DNA of 64,000 nt. Source: Naegleria gruberi. Lineage: Eukaryota. Of the stretch, positions 12,443 to 25,159 are shown piece by piece. Where the stretch lies: assembly GCA_000004985.1 (NCBI GenBank), contig GG738901.1; one strand, 5' to 3'. The translations under genes and the position numbers were made by a program. Numbering within the stretch: the first letter of the stretch is position 1; each line of letters starts with the position of its first letter. Under the pieces are notes generated by a model, which did no database searches, was not told where the DNA came from, and saw only the letters and a program-made list of their open reading frames with translations.

Positions 12443-12849
12443 TTTTTTCTTATGAGGGCTTTTTCACTTTTGCTTGACAAATTGAGTTTAACGAAACTGA
12501 TGTCTTGCTTCAGTTTTCATTGACTCAAAATTTCAATGTCAAGTTTATTTTTTCATTTGATCAAGTTTCTTCCCAGTACGGTAATTATTAGAAACAAGAA
12601 GAGAGAAAGGACAACCCTACAGGTATATTCGCCATTAAATTTTCCGTTTTTAACGAATAAGAAGACGGAATACACCTGTTGGCACAGTTAAATTTTGTTA
12701 ATTTTCCCAATTGGGATGAGTTGAATATTTCCATAACTTGATATAATATACTATTCCGGTGAAATTAAATGCAATGTCACTGATGATTACTACATTGTTA
12801 GTACGTGATATTAGATAAGAATCATTGAATTGGAAAAATAGTAATGAAT

Positions 12850-15039
12850 TTACTTCTTTTTCTTTTTCTTTGATTTGTTGTTGGTTATAATTGAGCTACC
12901 AGAAGAGGAGCTTGGTTTTAAGGTTTGTGAAACTTGTTGATTGGTTTTTGCAACCTCATGTTTGGCTTGATCCATTTCCTTGTCGTATTTTTCTAAGAGT
13001 TTTTGGAATCGTTCTTCTTTTTCATCTTTTGAAAGTCCTTTGAGTGAGGAAATATTCTTGTAGGCGTGAGAAACTTCTTGATAGAGTTTAGATTCATTTC
13101 CGAGAGCCTTTTCAACTCTTTGTAAGCTTGCTTCCAATAATGACATGGCTTCATCGATATTTCCACTATGATTGAAAAGATTTGCCAATTCTGTTGAGGC
13201 AAATTCTCTTTCGAATAGATATTCATTTCCATATTGTTGTTCGAAAAGTCTCATTGCATTTTGGAGATGCTGAATACCTGAGTCTACTGAACCTGTCAAG
13301 TGAATTTCTCTGCTGGAAAGGTACAATTCATTGATAGTTGTTGGATTTGGTGGGAAACTGTTGAGTGTTGTTTGTCTGAACATTCTGGTATCTTCTCCCA
13401 TAATTTCTTCAACTTCAACTGAACCCTTTGTTAAAGGAATATTTATCAAATACTTGCTTGGACTCATTTCTATAACTTCACGAATGAGTTCAAACAAATT
13501 ATTGGCCTTTTCCCTCCATTCATCCAATTTCTTTTGATTTTCCTCAGAGAGTTCAATTTGAATATTGTCCAATTCTTGTTGTTCTTGTTTGATATTTTCA
13601 GTTCCCATTTGTCCAACTTTATCATTCATGGCTTGTTCTTGCAAACATGAGCAAAGTAAATCATAATTACTTGCCAAACTGTAGGCAGCCAAGATCCAAA
13701 CTGGATTGTCTCTACCATAATGCTTATCTACAATATTCATACCAGCTGAGATGTACTTTTCTGCATCAATGTATGGTTGAATATCGTCTGGTGGAAGGTT
13801 TTTAGCAGCATTGGAGTGAATTTCACCAATAGTAATCAGAGCCTTGGCCAATTTCACTTCATATTCTGGATTTTTCTTGTTAAGCTTGTCTGGAATGGCA
13901 TTCAGCAAGACACAAGCTCTTTTAGCATACGATAAACCTTGTTCATACTTTTCGGCCAAATTACAGAGAGAGGATAGAGGTGATAAAACTTCTCCGACTT
14001 GAATTGAATTTTTGCCGTAGAATGAAATGGCTTTAGTGAGAGCCTTTTCATATTGCAAGATAGCTAATTTGATTCTTCTTTCAGATTCAAATAATTGTGC
14101 AACTCTCTTAATTATTTCAAAGATTGAATCCTTTTGTTTTCTAATCTCTGCCTTTGTATCTGATTTGTAGCTTGTGAGTGTGAGCTTGGCTAGAACATTT
14201 TCCTCCTTCTTCAACTTGTCATATAAAAATCTTTCTGCCATTTCATATCTTCTCCATTCAGGAAATTGAGAAGCCAATGAGGTTAAAGTTAATTGACTAC
14301 TCAATTCTGTTCCATTTGTATAGAGTTTGAATAGGGAATTTTTCATTTCTGAATTACTGAAAACTCCATAAAAGAAATCAATATAGAATGAAACATAATT
14401 AATAGAATAAATACAATCCTTCACAAGAGGGAATCGATCATCATGAGCTTCAACCAAATTATAGGCCATAAAGTACATGTTATGAACCTCTTTCAATGCT
14501 TCAATCATATTATTATTATAAAAATGTATCAGTGCCAACTTTTCCCTCAATTTAAACATGCTAATATGATTTTCTCCTAAAAAGTCAACAGTAACATCAA
14601 TACAATATTGCAATTCCACCTTGGCTTGTTCAATTTCCTTCAAATCCATCAATAAATCAATCAATCTATAATAATAATTCAAAATAACTGCAATACCTCT
14701 ACGATTACCAAAGGCTTCTTTAATTTGTGCTCTCAAAATTTCAACTTCATCCCTTTCTTTAGCATTGTTACTTGATGTAAATTCCATACTACTATTAGAA
14801 ATAAACTTGTTCAACAACATTTCCATATTATTTTCAATATTATTATTTCCATCATTCAATAATGAAAGACTTTGATGATATTCCGAACAAGTTTGCAATC
14901 TTCCGAATCCATATTCTTGATGATTTAAAATTAGGATACTCTGTCCTGCTCTGAGTATGGTTCCTTTAATATTGTTGTGGTGGCAGGAAATATGTGCACG
15001 TTGACAATGGGAAAATGTGTGTTGAATGAAATTCTTCAT
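12850..15039 (-). CDS. Tetratricopeptide (TPR)-like repeat protein.
   Basis: ORF of 729 aa with repeated 34-residue helical units. These carry A/Y/L-rich motifs such as LAIHFYNNNMIEALKEVHNMYFMAYNLV and AKRACVLLNAIPDK. The tail ends in a Lys run. Confidence 0.6.
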   Translation of the reverse strand: MKNFIQHTFSHCQRAHISCHHNNIKGTILRAGQSILILNHQEYGFGRLQTCSEYHQSLSLLNDGNNNIENNMEMLLNKFISNSSMEFTSSNNAKERDEVEILRAQIKEAFGNRRGIAVILNYYYRLIDLLMDLKEIEQAKVELQYCIDVTVDFLGENHISMFKLREKLALIHFYNNNMIEALKEVHNMYFMAYNLVEAHDDRFPLVKDCIYSINYVSFYIDFFYGVFSNSEMKNSLFKLYTNGTELSSQLTLTSLASQFPEWRRYEMAERFLYDKLKKEENVLAKLTLTSYKSDTKAEIRKQKDSIFEIIKRVAQLFESERRIKLAILQYEKALTKAISFYGKNSIQVGEVLSPLSSLCNLAEKYEQGLSYAKRACVLLNAIPDKLNKKNPEYEVKLAKALITIGEIHSNAAKNLPPDDIQPYIDAEKYISAGMNIVDKHYGRDNPVWILAAYSLASNYDLLCSCLQEQAMNDKVGQMGTENIKQEQQELDNIQIELSEENQKKLDEWREKANNLFELIREVIEMSPSKYLINIPLTKGSVEVEEIMGEDTRMFRQTTLNSFPPNPTTINELYLSSREIHLTGSVDSGIQHLQNAMRLFEQQYGNEYLFEREFASTELANLFNHSGNIDEAMSLLEASLQRVEKALGNESKLYQEVSHAYKNISSLKGLSKDEKEERFQKLLEKYDKEMDQAKHEVAKTNQQVSQTLKPSSSSGSSIITNNKSKKKKKK

Positions 15040-15149
15040 TTTTTATGTTCAATCAATTTTTTCCATAGTTGAACATAAACTTTTATTGAATGAATATTAC
15101 AGAATCTTTCATACATTCAAAACAATTGTTCAATAATAAACAGGTCCTT

Positions 15150-16587
15150 TTACTGAGGAGTATGCTTTTGAATGAAATCATTAATGTGTTGACATACTTT
15201 GTCAATACGATTGGCAAAGAATAATTGACCACAATCTCCATAAGTAACGAGCTTACTATTTGGAAGGTGTTGGAATGCGTAGATGATTTGATCCTCATAA
15301 TCTACAGTCTTGTCGAAAATACTGGCCTGGATGAGAGTTGGAGTTTTGATGGATTGTAAATAGTCCTTCTTACTCTTTGAAAATTGCAAAAAGAGAAGCA
15401 AATCAGTAATGTATCCAATATTCTTATTGTGAATTGTGGCAATGTTGTACTCGAGTCCTTCTCTTAATTGATACTTTTCAAATGTGATTTTAGTCTTCTC
15501 GAGGCATTTCATGTCCAACATTTCTGGTTCAGTGTTGACAACGGAGAACTTTAGAATTAGATCAGGGAAGAACTTTACCAATCTTACAACCATATAGCTC
15601 ATCAACTTTAAAATTGGCTTTTGACTTCTGAACATTACAGATGGATCCATAGCAAAAGCACCAAATCCAATACTGGCATTAAATGGCTTTGGCTCCTCTA
15701 CATCCATACCCAAAAATTTACTCTTCAAATTTGAATCATCGCTTTGGTCCCCAATCTTGGATACTATAATCTCCTCATTAGTTTCCTGTTTTTCATTCAT
15801 TAAATTCACAAGATTTGAAATTTTCTTTGGTGATTCTCCTCTTCCAATCATTAAATTTCTCGTAACAGGTGCAATTAATTGCAGAGATTTCACTCTGCTT
15901 GGGTACTTTTTAGCAATGTGCATTCCAAATGGTCCACCTCCAGAAACTGAAATAATATTAAATTTTGAATTACTTCCAAAGAGATGATTCATTAAATCAA
16001 TCATCATTTCACCATTTCTCTCAATCAAAAAGTTCAATAAAGGTGGTGAAGATGAATTTCTTTCTTTCAATGATTCCAATTCATAAATATTTAACATGTG
16101 TGTAACATTGGTAATATCAAAAGCATTAATCAATGGAGAAAACTTTTCTTCGACAGGAAAATAAAATCTCATTGCACGAACTTCATCCTTATTGATTCTG
16201 GAATAGTTTGTCAAACCATATCCAATTCTAGAAGGTGAAACAACAATCCAATCCTTTGGACATGATTTCATAAAATTAGCTCCTTCTTCATAGCCTCCTG
16301 GTGTTCCATGTCTATGATTTAATTCAATATATGGCAATCCACCAATTTAAAACCTACATGTATAAGAACAATTCTCTCGATTCCGACTTGGATTTTCCCT
16401 CATAATTTAAAGTATGAAATTGAATAGGTCCATTCCTCGTCTCGAATAATTTTGTTTCATTCTTCTCCTTGATTGCATATATTCCCGATGATTCCGACAT
16501 TAAAATACTAAAATCCATTGTGATGATGCCCACCACAGCAACAATCATCACAATAAAGTAAAAACAACACTTTTCTGATAGACACAT
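15150..16587 (-). CDS. Alpha/beta-hydrolase-fold protein with an N-terminal transmembrane anchor. Exons are 16358..16587 and 15150..16311 on the minus strand.
   Basis: Exon 1 encodes MCLSEKCCFYFIVMIVAVVGIITMDF...SRELFLY. A 46-nt intron at 16312..16357 runs from GTAGGT to catag in phase 2. Splicing gives LFLYIHGTPGGYEEG, the canonical HG(G)PG oxyanion motif of alpha/beta hydrolases. A nucleophile-elbow-like IISVSGGGPFG lies downstream. Confidence 0.7.
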
Positions 16588-16844
16588 TTTTTTGTAAGTT
16601 TACATTTAATCATTATCAATTTGTTCTTCTTTTAAACATTTCATTAAATTAGTTTTCAATTAATAATCTTAATTCAATACTTACATTGAATTAAATATTC
16701 TCCTATTTATTTCTCGTTTACAAAATTACTTCTCTCAACATCCCGACTAACACTATCGAAGGCTTGCATTTTTCATCTCGCAATTTTATGAAGAGTTTTT
16801 AATGCCGAACGGAAAATATTTTCATCAAATAACAAACGGAAAAA

Positions 16845-18483
16845 ATGAAATCAACTCAAAGCTCGTCTTCAGCAAGACGTATGTCTGTGCTCCAACAACA
16901 CTTGTTTCCTTCATCATTGAATAGTAGTAATGGAGAACATCAATTTGGATCATCTTTGAAGGAGGAAACTCTTTTAAATGAATCATTTGTTGGATTTAAT
17001 GAAACTTCATCAGTGTCCGATAGTCAAAAAAAGAGAAAAGCAGTTATTGTATGTGGTGCCCGTACACCTTTTGTTAAAGCTTTTGGAGATTTAATGGAGG
17101 TAGGTTGATAGTGATGAGGATTTTTAATGAAGATTTGATACAATTTTAAAGGTTGATTCTATTGGATTGGGAGTTTCTGCTGTTGAAGGACTTTTAAAGA
17201 AGACAAAATTGGATCCAAACCTTATTGATGAAATTATTTGGGGAAATGTTGTATTAAATACTAAAGCACCAAATGTTGCTAGAGAAATTGTCATTGATTT
17301 AAATTTACCAAAGAAAATTACTGGTGTGACTGTCAGTAGAGCTTGTTTGTCTGGTCTTGAAGCAATTTTACAAGGAATTAGATTGATTGAACATGGTGCT
17401 GCTGATGTAGTTGTAGCTGGTGGCAGTGACTCTATGTCTAATGGTGAAATGGCCTTACCGAGGTTTGTATTTATTTGATGAACTATGAATTTATTTTCAA
17501 TTAATTTACTGTTAGAAATTTGACATTAGCTCTCGGAAAATACAGTTATGGAAAGGATAAAGGATCTATGAAGGGATTAATTCAATTCTTTAAAGATGCA
17601 GGATCACCATTATCTTGGATTCCAACTGCTCCTGCAATTGCCGAAAGATCAACTGGAAAGGTATGTTAATAATTATTTCAATATGTTGTTGACATTTAAA
17701 TTATAGACTATGGGTTATCATGCTGATTTAATGGCCGATTTGAATAAGATTACAAGAAATGTACAAGATGAATTTGCCACTGCATCTCATAAGAATGCTG
17801 CCAAGGCAAGACGTGAAGGTAAATTTGAGGAAGAAATTTCTCCAGTCCGTTTGAAGAATGGTAAAATTGTAAATAGAGATAACCTTATTCGTGAAGATAG
17901 TGATGTTTCAAAGATGGGTAAATTGAAACCTGTATTCAGAAAGACTGGTACTGTCACTGCTGCCTCATCATCCCCTCTTACTGATGGTGCTAGTTGTGTA
18001 TTAGTTATGAGTGAAGAGAAAGCCAAAGAATTGGGTTATCCAACAGATATCAGAATTTCATCATATGCTACAACTGCCGTTGATCCATATCCACAACTTC
18101 TTCTTGCTCCAGTTTTAGCCTTCCCAAAGGTTTTGGATGGTGCAGGTGTTACACTGGATCAAGTTGATTTGTTTGAAATTCACGAAGCTTTTGCTGCTCA
18201 AGTCTTGTCAACCACTGCATGTCTTGCTAGTGATGAATTCTGTCAAAAGAGACTTGGTAAGAGTAAGGCTCTTGGTGTTATTCCACCTGAAAAATTGAAC
18301 GTAAATGGATCTTCAATTTCTCTTGGCCATCCTTTCAGTGCAACTGGTGGTCGTATTTTGACATCAGCAATGAATGAATTGAGGAGAAGTAATAAGAGAT
18401 ATGCAATTCTTTCCGTCTGTGCAGCTGGTGGTCTTGGTGGTGTTGCCCTTGTTGAAAGAGTGCCTCCATCTGAACAAAAATAA
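16845..18483 (+). CDS. 3-ketoacyl-CoA thiolase, mitochondrial trifunctional-protein beta-subunit-like. There are four exons: 16845..17099, 17152..17462, 17516..17660 and 17707..18483.
   Basis: Thiolase signatures are present:
- KAVIVCGARTPF
- VSRACLSGLEAIL, carrying the active-site Cys
- GHPFSATGGRIL
- LSVCAAGGLGGVALV
It also has the HADHB-like insert SMSNGEMALPR/NLTLALGKYSYGKDKG...TMGYHADLMADL. The three introns are 52-53 nt with GTAGGT, GTTTGT and GTATGT donors, and phases are consistent with track ORFs 17167 and 17710. The N-terminal 60 aa look like a presequence. Confidence 0.8.
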
Positions 18484-18695
18484 TCATTCCTGTAGTATAT
18501 CATTAAATTATTCATAATTTCATTTGTAAATTTGAAAATGTGTTTCATATTTTAAATACGTGCTGGTAATGGTTTATCGTTTTATGGGATGTTCTTGGTA
18601 CTCTTAACAAATCTTTTTCATAGAAGAAGTCGTACACGTCATCTGATTAACCTCACACACCTGAGCATTGTTTCACACCAAAAGTTTGTAAAAAA

Positions 18696-19517
18696 ATGCC
18701 ACCACAAAAGAGGGTTAAAGATCCAAAAGAAAAGGAGAAGAAGAAATATGAAAGACTCCAAGAACAAGTCACAGCACCACAAGATAGTGCTTTCAGATTC
18801 GCTGTTTTGTTCGGTTGTGCTTTAGTTGCTTTCATTGTTTTACTAGGTATGTGTGTAATAGTGTAAAATGATTTGATTGATCATCATCAATAATAATTTA
18901 TAGGCTTGGTATTCACATTCAGCGGTGAACGTAAATATAAGAAGACTGAAGAAGGTCTTCCATATCCAGCTAACGTTGAAGTTACCGATAAAGTTTTCTT
19001 TGATATTGCTGTTGGTAAGCCATCAAAGAGAAATCCACCTATTCGTATCGTTCTTGGATTGTTCGGTAATGAACAACCAAAGACTGTTGAAAACTTCCGT
19101 TCATTAGTTACTCATGAAAGACAAATTGGATACAGAGGTTCACTCTTGCACAGAATTGTTCGTGGATTTGTTCTTCAAGGTGGTGATATCACTAAAGGTG
19201 ATGGTACTGGTGGTGTTTCAATTTATGGACAAAGCTTTGATGATGAAAATTTGAGTATTGAAACCTTCAAGGGTTGTCTTGCTATGGCCAACAAGGGTCC
19301 AAACTCTAACAATTCTCAATTCTTTATTACTATGGCTTCTACTCCTCATCTTGATGGTAAGCACACTGTTTTCGGACGTGTTTTGAGAGGATGGGAATTT
19401 TTACAAAGATTGGAACTTATTAGAGTCAATGAACAATACAAACCAGCTGTTGATATCATGATTGTCAACAGTGGTATCTATAAGGAAGAAGAACAAGCTC
19501 CTCAACCACAAGAATAA
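18696..19517 (+). CDS. Cyclophilin-type peptidyl-prolyl isomerase with an N-terminal membrane anchor. Exons are 18696..18846 and 18904..19517.
   Basis: Exon 1 encodes MPPQKRVKDPKEKEKKKYERLQEQ... followed by the hydrophobic AFRFAVLFGCALVAFIVLL. The intron at 18847..18903 runs from GTATGT to tttatag in phase 1. The cyclophilin core carries HRIVRGFVLQGGD, GTGGVSIYG, NSQFFIT and LDGKHTVFG. The Trp121-equivalent position reads His (TPHLDGKH). Confidence 0.8.
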
Positions 19518-19742
19518 ATTTTGTACTATTAAATATTTTGTAAATTATATTGGTGTAGATTATATTTAGTAGGAGGAGCATCAAAAGAGCTTGATAGATG
19601 TTTTAAGAAAGCAACATTGAACTTGAGGCAACCTTAGAAATAACTGTAATCGTAAATATTAATATTAAAATTCGTACCAATGAGAAGAGCTCCTTTATGA
19701 TGAACCTTTAGGTTTGCTGAAGTATTTAAAAACCCTTAAAAA

Positions 19743-22700
19743 ATGTCAGAAAATAAGGTCAAGATAACCTATGAAAATTCTTATATGGGAGACATCAAGT
19801 TGGCCCATATGTACGTTGATAATCTATCCGGAAAATACATGTACATTAAATTCAACTTTACTCTCAATAACATGTTCCATACAACCATTGAGGGAGAAAA
19901 GTCTGGAAAAACAAAGGAATTTTCTGTACTGTTGTATCCAACAGATCAACATGTCTATCTAACCAGCTTCCCAGTCCTTGATAGATATAAGAGTTGGAAA
20001 TACAATTATACTTATGCTTGTTCGATTGCTGATAAACCAACTGAATCAAGAGAAATTTATGATGGTGTCTTCTTTGAAACATTCCATATGGGATTCGGAA
20101 GTTTGGTTGTTGCATTGAAAAACAACAATGTTTTGCAAAATTTAAACGGAGAAAAACATATTCAGGTTAAGATTAATTATACAACTCTCCAAAACTTGAC
20201 ACCAACAAAGACTTATGAAGATTTTGTTGATTTGTATGACCTTAGAGTTTTAAACGAATTGACAATAGATAATAAGAATGAAAAAACAACTTACAAGTAC
20301 AAATACTTTATCAAAAAACCTGAAAAGACCCTAACTTTGGAAGAAATAAGCTCAAGTTTATTAACTCACTACTCTCCTAACTTTTCTCTCTTCTCCTCTC
20401 TTTTGGTTGAAAGAAGAGAACTCATTCCTGGAGTATTTGGAACATTGGAATTGACTAAGAGTGGTAGTGCAGTGCTTAGTTTTGAAAATAACAACAAGAC
20501 AGCTGTCATTATTACAGATGTGGTAGTAAAGGGAGGTGAGATTTCATACGTGGATGCAAACCTCAGCGGGAGAGATCCAAATAGTCCCCAATTAATTGTT
20601 TTCCCAAATGAAACTTGCAAAGAGTTCTTAAATATCAAACATCCAAAGGGAGTGTTCGACATTTCGTATGAATGTAAGGTTTCTGAAGGAAAACTTGTTG
20701 AAGAGAATGAAGTCAAACCGTCTCTCTTTGTCTATGCTTACTTCTTCAAGACCTTTAATAGCTTATTATTGGCTGTCAAGAATAATTGCGAGAAGGCTCA
20801 TATGTGTTATTTGTTTATGAAACAAATGCAAAATTGTACAATGGATACTGATTATTCAGATCAAAACAAAATGATGGTCAAACCTTATCAAACAAAATTG
20901 TATTCTAGTATTTTCTTGACCGATGTAACAAAACCATTCGTTTACTCATATGCCTATCAAGTCAGTAGAGTTGCAGATGAAAATGATCCAAATCAAGGCA
21001 ATAAGCAAACAATTTTGGCTAGTTCAGATTCAAATGATGTAAAATCCCCTGAACTTCAGGCACAAGCTAATATTGAAAGAGAATTGGAATTAAGTGCAAC
21101 CTTGACGGGTATTGAATATATGTCTGTTGTCAGTGACCTTGTAAAGACTAAAATTGAATCAGGTGAAGTGTTTGTTGATCCTGACTTCCCTGCAGAGACA
21201 GATGTATCTGTTTATGAATCAAGCTTCTCTGGAAAGAGAATTGAAGATATCAAATGGTCCAGAGCTTCTGAAATTCTTGGGCATAATTACGAAATTTTCT
21301 GTGATGGTATTTCTGCAGATGACATAAAACAAGGTTGTTTGGGTGACTGCTGGATGCTGTCTGCAGTTGCTGCTATTGCTGCACAACCATACTTAATTGA
21401 AAGATTATTTTCCACTCGTTCAGTTAACAAGGCTGGTATTTATGAATTGAATATTTGCACTGGAGGTGAATGGACAAGAGTAGTCGTTGATGATTTATTC
21501 CCTACAGATCAGTATAATAATTCTCTATTTGCTCACAATCATTCTGCCGAATTGTGGGTCATGTTGTTAGAAAAGGGTAAGTAATAGAACAAACATAATT
21601 GTGTAAACCTTATTAGCTTATGCCAAGGTTTGTGGATCTTATTCAAAGCTCATTTCTGGATTTGCTGAAGATGCATTCGAAGATTTTACTGGATATCCAA
21701 CATTCTCAATTAGAATTAATACTAGGGAAAGCTCATTTAATGCTCAAAACACTTGGAATGAGTTATGTAATTTGTTGCAGAAAAATTACTTCTTCTGCTG
21801 TTCCACATCTGCAAATCCAGCTTTGGAAAAGGTTGGACTTGTATCTTCTCACTTTTATTCTCTGTTAGGTTGTAAAGAGGCTATGGGAGTTAAACTAGTC
21901 AAATTGAGAAATCCATGGTCAAAGACTGAATGGACAGGAGACTGGTGTGACGATGATACTAGATGGACATTACAAGCAAAGAAGGCATTCAATCATATGG
22001 AATGTACAGATGATGGTGTTTTCTACATGCCATATTCTGAATTTGTCAACTACTTTGTGAGTGTTACTGTTTGCAAGTACAATCAAGAATTTTCAAGAAA
22101 TCAAGTTAAGGTTCATTGTAGTCCAAACACTGGTAATTTGGAAGATAAGTCAACTTATCCAGTTGCTGAGATTGAACTAGCTGAAGATCAAAACGAATGC
22201 TATTTTGGTATCCATCAAAAAGATCAACGTTACAAGGACGCCCCAAAAACTGCAGCTGGAATGGCATTTGTTGTTTTGGAGAAGACCACTGGTAATATTG
22301 TTGGTGGCTCGCCTTTCTCTTCATCCAGATCCTCATATACAAAGGGAATGTCTCTCAAGGCAGGAAACTACTTGCTTGTACCTGTTGTACATTCTAAGGA
22401 CAGCGCATTCACATCATTTGTGATCAGTTCCCATACTACAGGTAAGAGAACTGCTTTGAGATTGATGGAAGCTGGCTTCGTATCAATTGGTGATAAGCAA
22501 AAAACCTTATTGGAAGTATATGGAATGGCTGTTCAAAAACTTGGTAACACTCGTGAAACACCACTTAGAGAAGCTAAAAAGAGGGCCACTTTAACTTCTT
22601 ATACTTGGGGAACCTCAATTGCGTATGGTACAGATCACAATAAGAATGTTACTGTTGAACTCTCGGTAACAAGAAACAATATTGTCGATGCTGTTTTTGT

Positions 22701-22818
22701 TCCAAAATTTGATTTGACAGTTACTTCTCCTTTGAAAGTTGTTTGGATTGGTTATTGCCAAGCTCCACGGGATGGATTTTCTTATTCATCAAGTTTCTCC
22801 TTCTCATACTTGTACTAA
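19743..22818 (+). CDS. Calpain-like cysteine protease with a ~450-aa N-terminal extension and a C2-like domain III. Exons are 19743..21576 and 21617..22818.
   Basis: The catalytic core has QGCLGDCWMLSAVAAIA (Cys), GLVSSHFYSLLG (His) and LRNPWSKTEWTGDWCDDD (Asn). The core is split by a 40-nt intron at 21577..21616 with a GTAAGT donor and a ttattag acceptor, in phase 1. Splicing restores the conserved LLEKG|AYAKVCGSY. The N-terminal 450 aa have no motif I recognise. The C-terminal ~250 aa look like a beta-sandwich domain III. Confidence 0.8.
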
Positions 22819-22828
22819 ATTCACAGCT

Positions 22829-24604
22829 TTATTGCTTTAATAAATATTTTTGTAAAAAGGAAATAACTCTTTCCTCAAATTCATCCTTTAAATGTCTGTG
22901 AATACAAGAATGAGGAGCATCTTCTACAATCCAGTACTCAATTGGTCCACTAGCTAAAGAAGAGAGGATTTGACTATGCTTGAAATCAACAACCTTATCT
23001 GTTTTGGAGTGCATCAATAGTAATGGTTTACTCATTTCCCTCATTGCATCAGATGCATGGTATGGATTAACAGAGAAGTCGCACATTCTCCAATTAACCA
23101 ATACTGACACACCACGAATTAACAATTCAGGAATGAATTTACCGTAACTTTCAATGATACCAGCAAACAAACTTGGTAACTGATGGGACCATCCATTCTT
23201 ATAAAGAGCTGACTCTAATACATCCTTAATTTGAAGAGTTCTTTCAGCAAATGGATTTTCAGCAATAATTGCCTTAATTCTTGGATCTTGAGAAGCGGCA
23301 ACAATTGAAGAAGCGGCACCAGTTGAGCTTCCAAATGCAACAACTTCTACATCTGGAACTATTCCTTCAAGATAATCAATTGCTCCCATTACACCCATCC
23401 ATTCACGGTATCCCAATGAACACCCTTCATCGCCATCACTAACTCCATGATTCAACATATCAAATAATAATACATGAACTCCTAATTTGTGAATGTAAGG
23501 TAAATGCTCTAAAACGTCTCTTCTGTCATAAAAGGCCCCATGAACAATGACGACAGCCTTTTTGGAATTCTTATCATTGGCCTCTACATACCATCCTCTC
23601 AACATCTTATTCTTCTCATATAGAGATGAGAATGAAATATTCTTATATTCCAAACCAAAATCAATGAGAGGATCATTCTTATGTGGTAACGCTTCAATAT
23701 AATCAACCAACCTGTCACGATGATTACCCTTCATATATGAAACATGATCCATAGTAGCAAATGGTGGATGAATATCGTGGTCAACAGGGGTTTCCTTCTT
23801 TTCTTCATTATTCTTCAGTAAATTGAATCTTGAAACATCAATCTTCAATCCTGCCTTTCTATTAAAACTTTCTCCATTATCATCAGTATTACTTGTAATG
23901 GTATTATCAGGGAAAGTTACCAAAGTCTCTGGAATGTTTGCTGTATGAACCAATTTTCTATACAAAGTTGCATCTTCGTGAAGTAAATGGTGTTTAGCAG
24001 AAACAGAGACATAGGCAGCAGGGTGCATGAATAAATTAGGTAAAACAAATGTAACAATGGCTGCAAATGTGATAAATCCAAGAATATTCAGAGCTGCACA
24101 TGTTACTATAAATTTGATAATCATTGATGTCTTTCTTGTAACTGGCTTCTTTACAATAATTCTTGATTTCTTTGAGAGTAATTGGTTGAGTATTCTTTTT
24201 GCCTTTGCTCTCTTATTTTCCTTCTCAACAATTGGAGTTAGGTCAGCTAAGGATGATGGTGAGTTAATGGAAATAGAGGAAACTCTATTTCTAGTAAGGT
24301 TATTAGTATCCAAAGTAATTGGAATCTTGTTCAAATTCACTCTAGCATGCATATCTCTTTCATGAATTGAATTAGTATCCAATGATTTTTTTGGTTGAAC
24401 AACGTTGACTGATTTTGTAAAGTATTGATTCAAATCTTCATGACTCCAACAAGAAGAAATTGTTGAAGAAGGTTTCAAAGTAGAACCAGCACCGCCTCCA
24501 ACAGTATCAAGACTCGCCATAGACGAGGCAATAGGAGTGGAAATAATAAATAGCTCGGAAGACATATTTACAAAAGGTAATTTTACAAATCTAGCGTTTA
24601 GCAA
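22829..24604 (-). CDS. Membrane-anchored alpha/beta hydrolase of the esterase/lipase class.
   Basis: ORF of 591 aa. The TM segment is IKFIVTCAALNILGFITFAAIVTFVLPNLF. The hydrolase core has VVIVHGAFYDRRD and a GxSxG-like nucleophile elbow (AFGSSTGAASS). D and H candidates lie downstream. Confidence 0.65.
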   Translation of the reverse strand: MLNARFVKLPFVNMSSELFIISTPIASSMASLDTVGGGAGSTLKPSSTISSCWSHEDLNQYFTKSVNVVQPKKSLDTNSIHERDMHARVNLNKIPITLDTNNLTRNRVSSISINSPSSLADLTPIVEKENKRAKAKRILNQLLSKKSRIIVKKPVTRKTSMIIKFIVTCAALNILGFITFAAIVTFVLPNLFMHPAAYVSVSAKHHLLHEDATLYRKLVHTANIPETLVTFPDNTITSNTDDNGESFNRKAGLKIDVSRFNLLKNNEEKKETPVDHDIHPPFATMDHVSYMKGNHRDRLVDYIEALPHKNDPLIDFGLEYKNISFSSLYEKNKMLRGWYVEANDKNSKKAVVIVHGAFYDRRDVLEHLPYIHKLGVHVLLFDMLNHGVSDGDEGCSLGYREWMGVMGAIDYLEGIVPDVEVVAFGSSTGAASSIVAASQDPRIKAIIAENPFAERTLQIKDVLESALYKNGWSHQLPSLFAGIIESYGKFIPELLIRGVSVLVNWRMCDFSVNPYHASDAMREMSKPLLLMHSKTDKVVDFKHSQILSSLASGPIEYWIVEDAPHSCIHRHLKDEFEERVISFLQKYLLKQ

Positions 24605-25159
24605 TATATTTACAAGTTAAAGTTTTTGGATAAACCACAATCTATTATTAATACAAAGATGACGAAAATTGTTAAAGCCCCTACAAATCTCCTCTATCTA
24701 ATAATATACAATTTTTAAATGATAACACACAATATCGATTTGCCCGTTTGTGTCTTAACGTCTTTTTTTTTTAATGTTTTGTTCTTGTGGCCCTTCATTA
24801 AGAAAAATCTCCCGCCAACAACGATCGTTTTTATGTACCATTAGCAACAGAAATAGAATTTACAACAGATTCTCAACTTGAAAGTGTTGAGGAATTGCCA
24901 AAATCACACACAGAGATTGTTAGATAGGAGAACAGAATGATGCAAAAGGAAAGAATAGCGAAAATGGTTAGCATCAACCATTGATGTTGTAAAATGCTAA
25001 GTGAATGTATCATAGTAAGAGAGATTTGCTTCCCAAAGAGTGATATCTTTTATTTGATATATTCACATTCATCAGAAACAGTTCACAAACCCAATAGTTA
25101 GAGAAGAGATTATTGTAATCTTCTTTGTATTGATGAACTTTGGGCATTACAGAAAAAAA

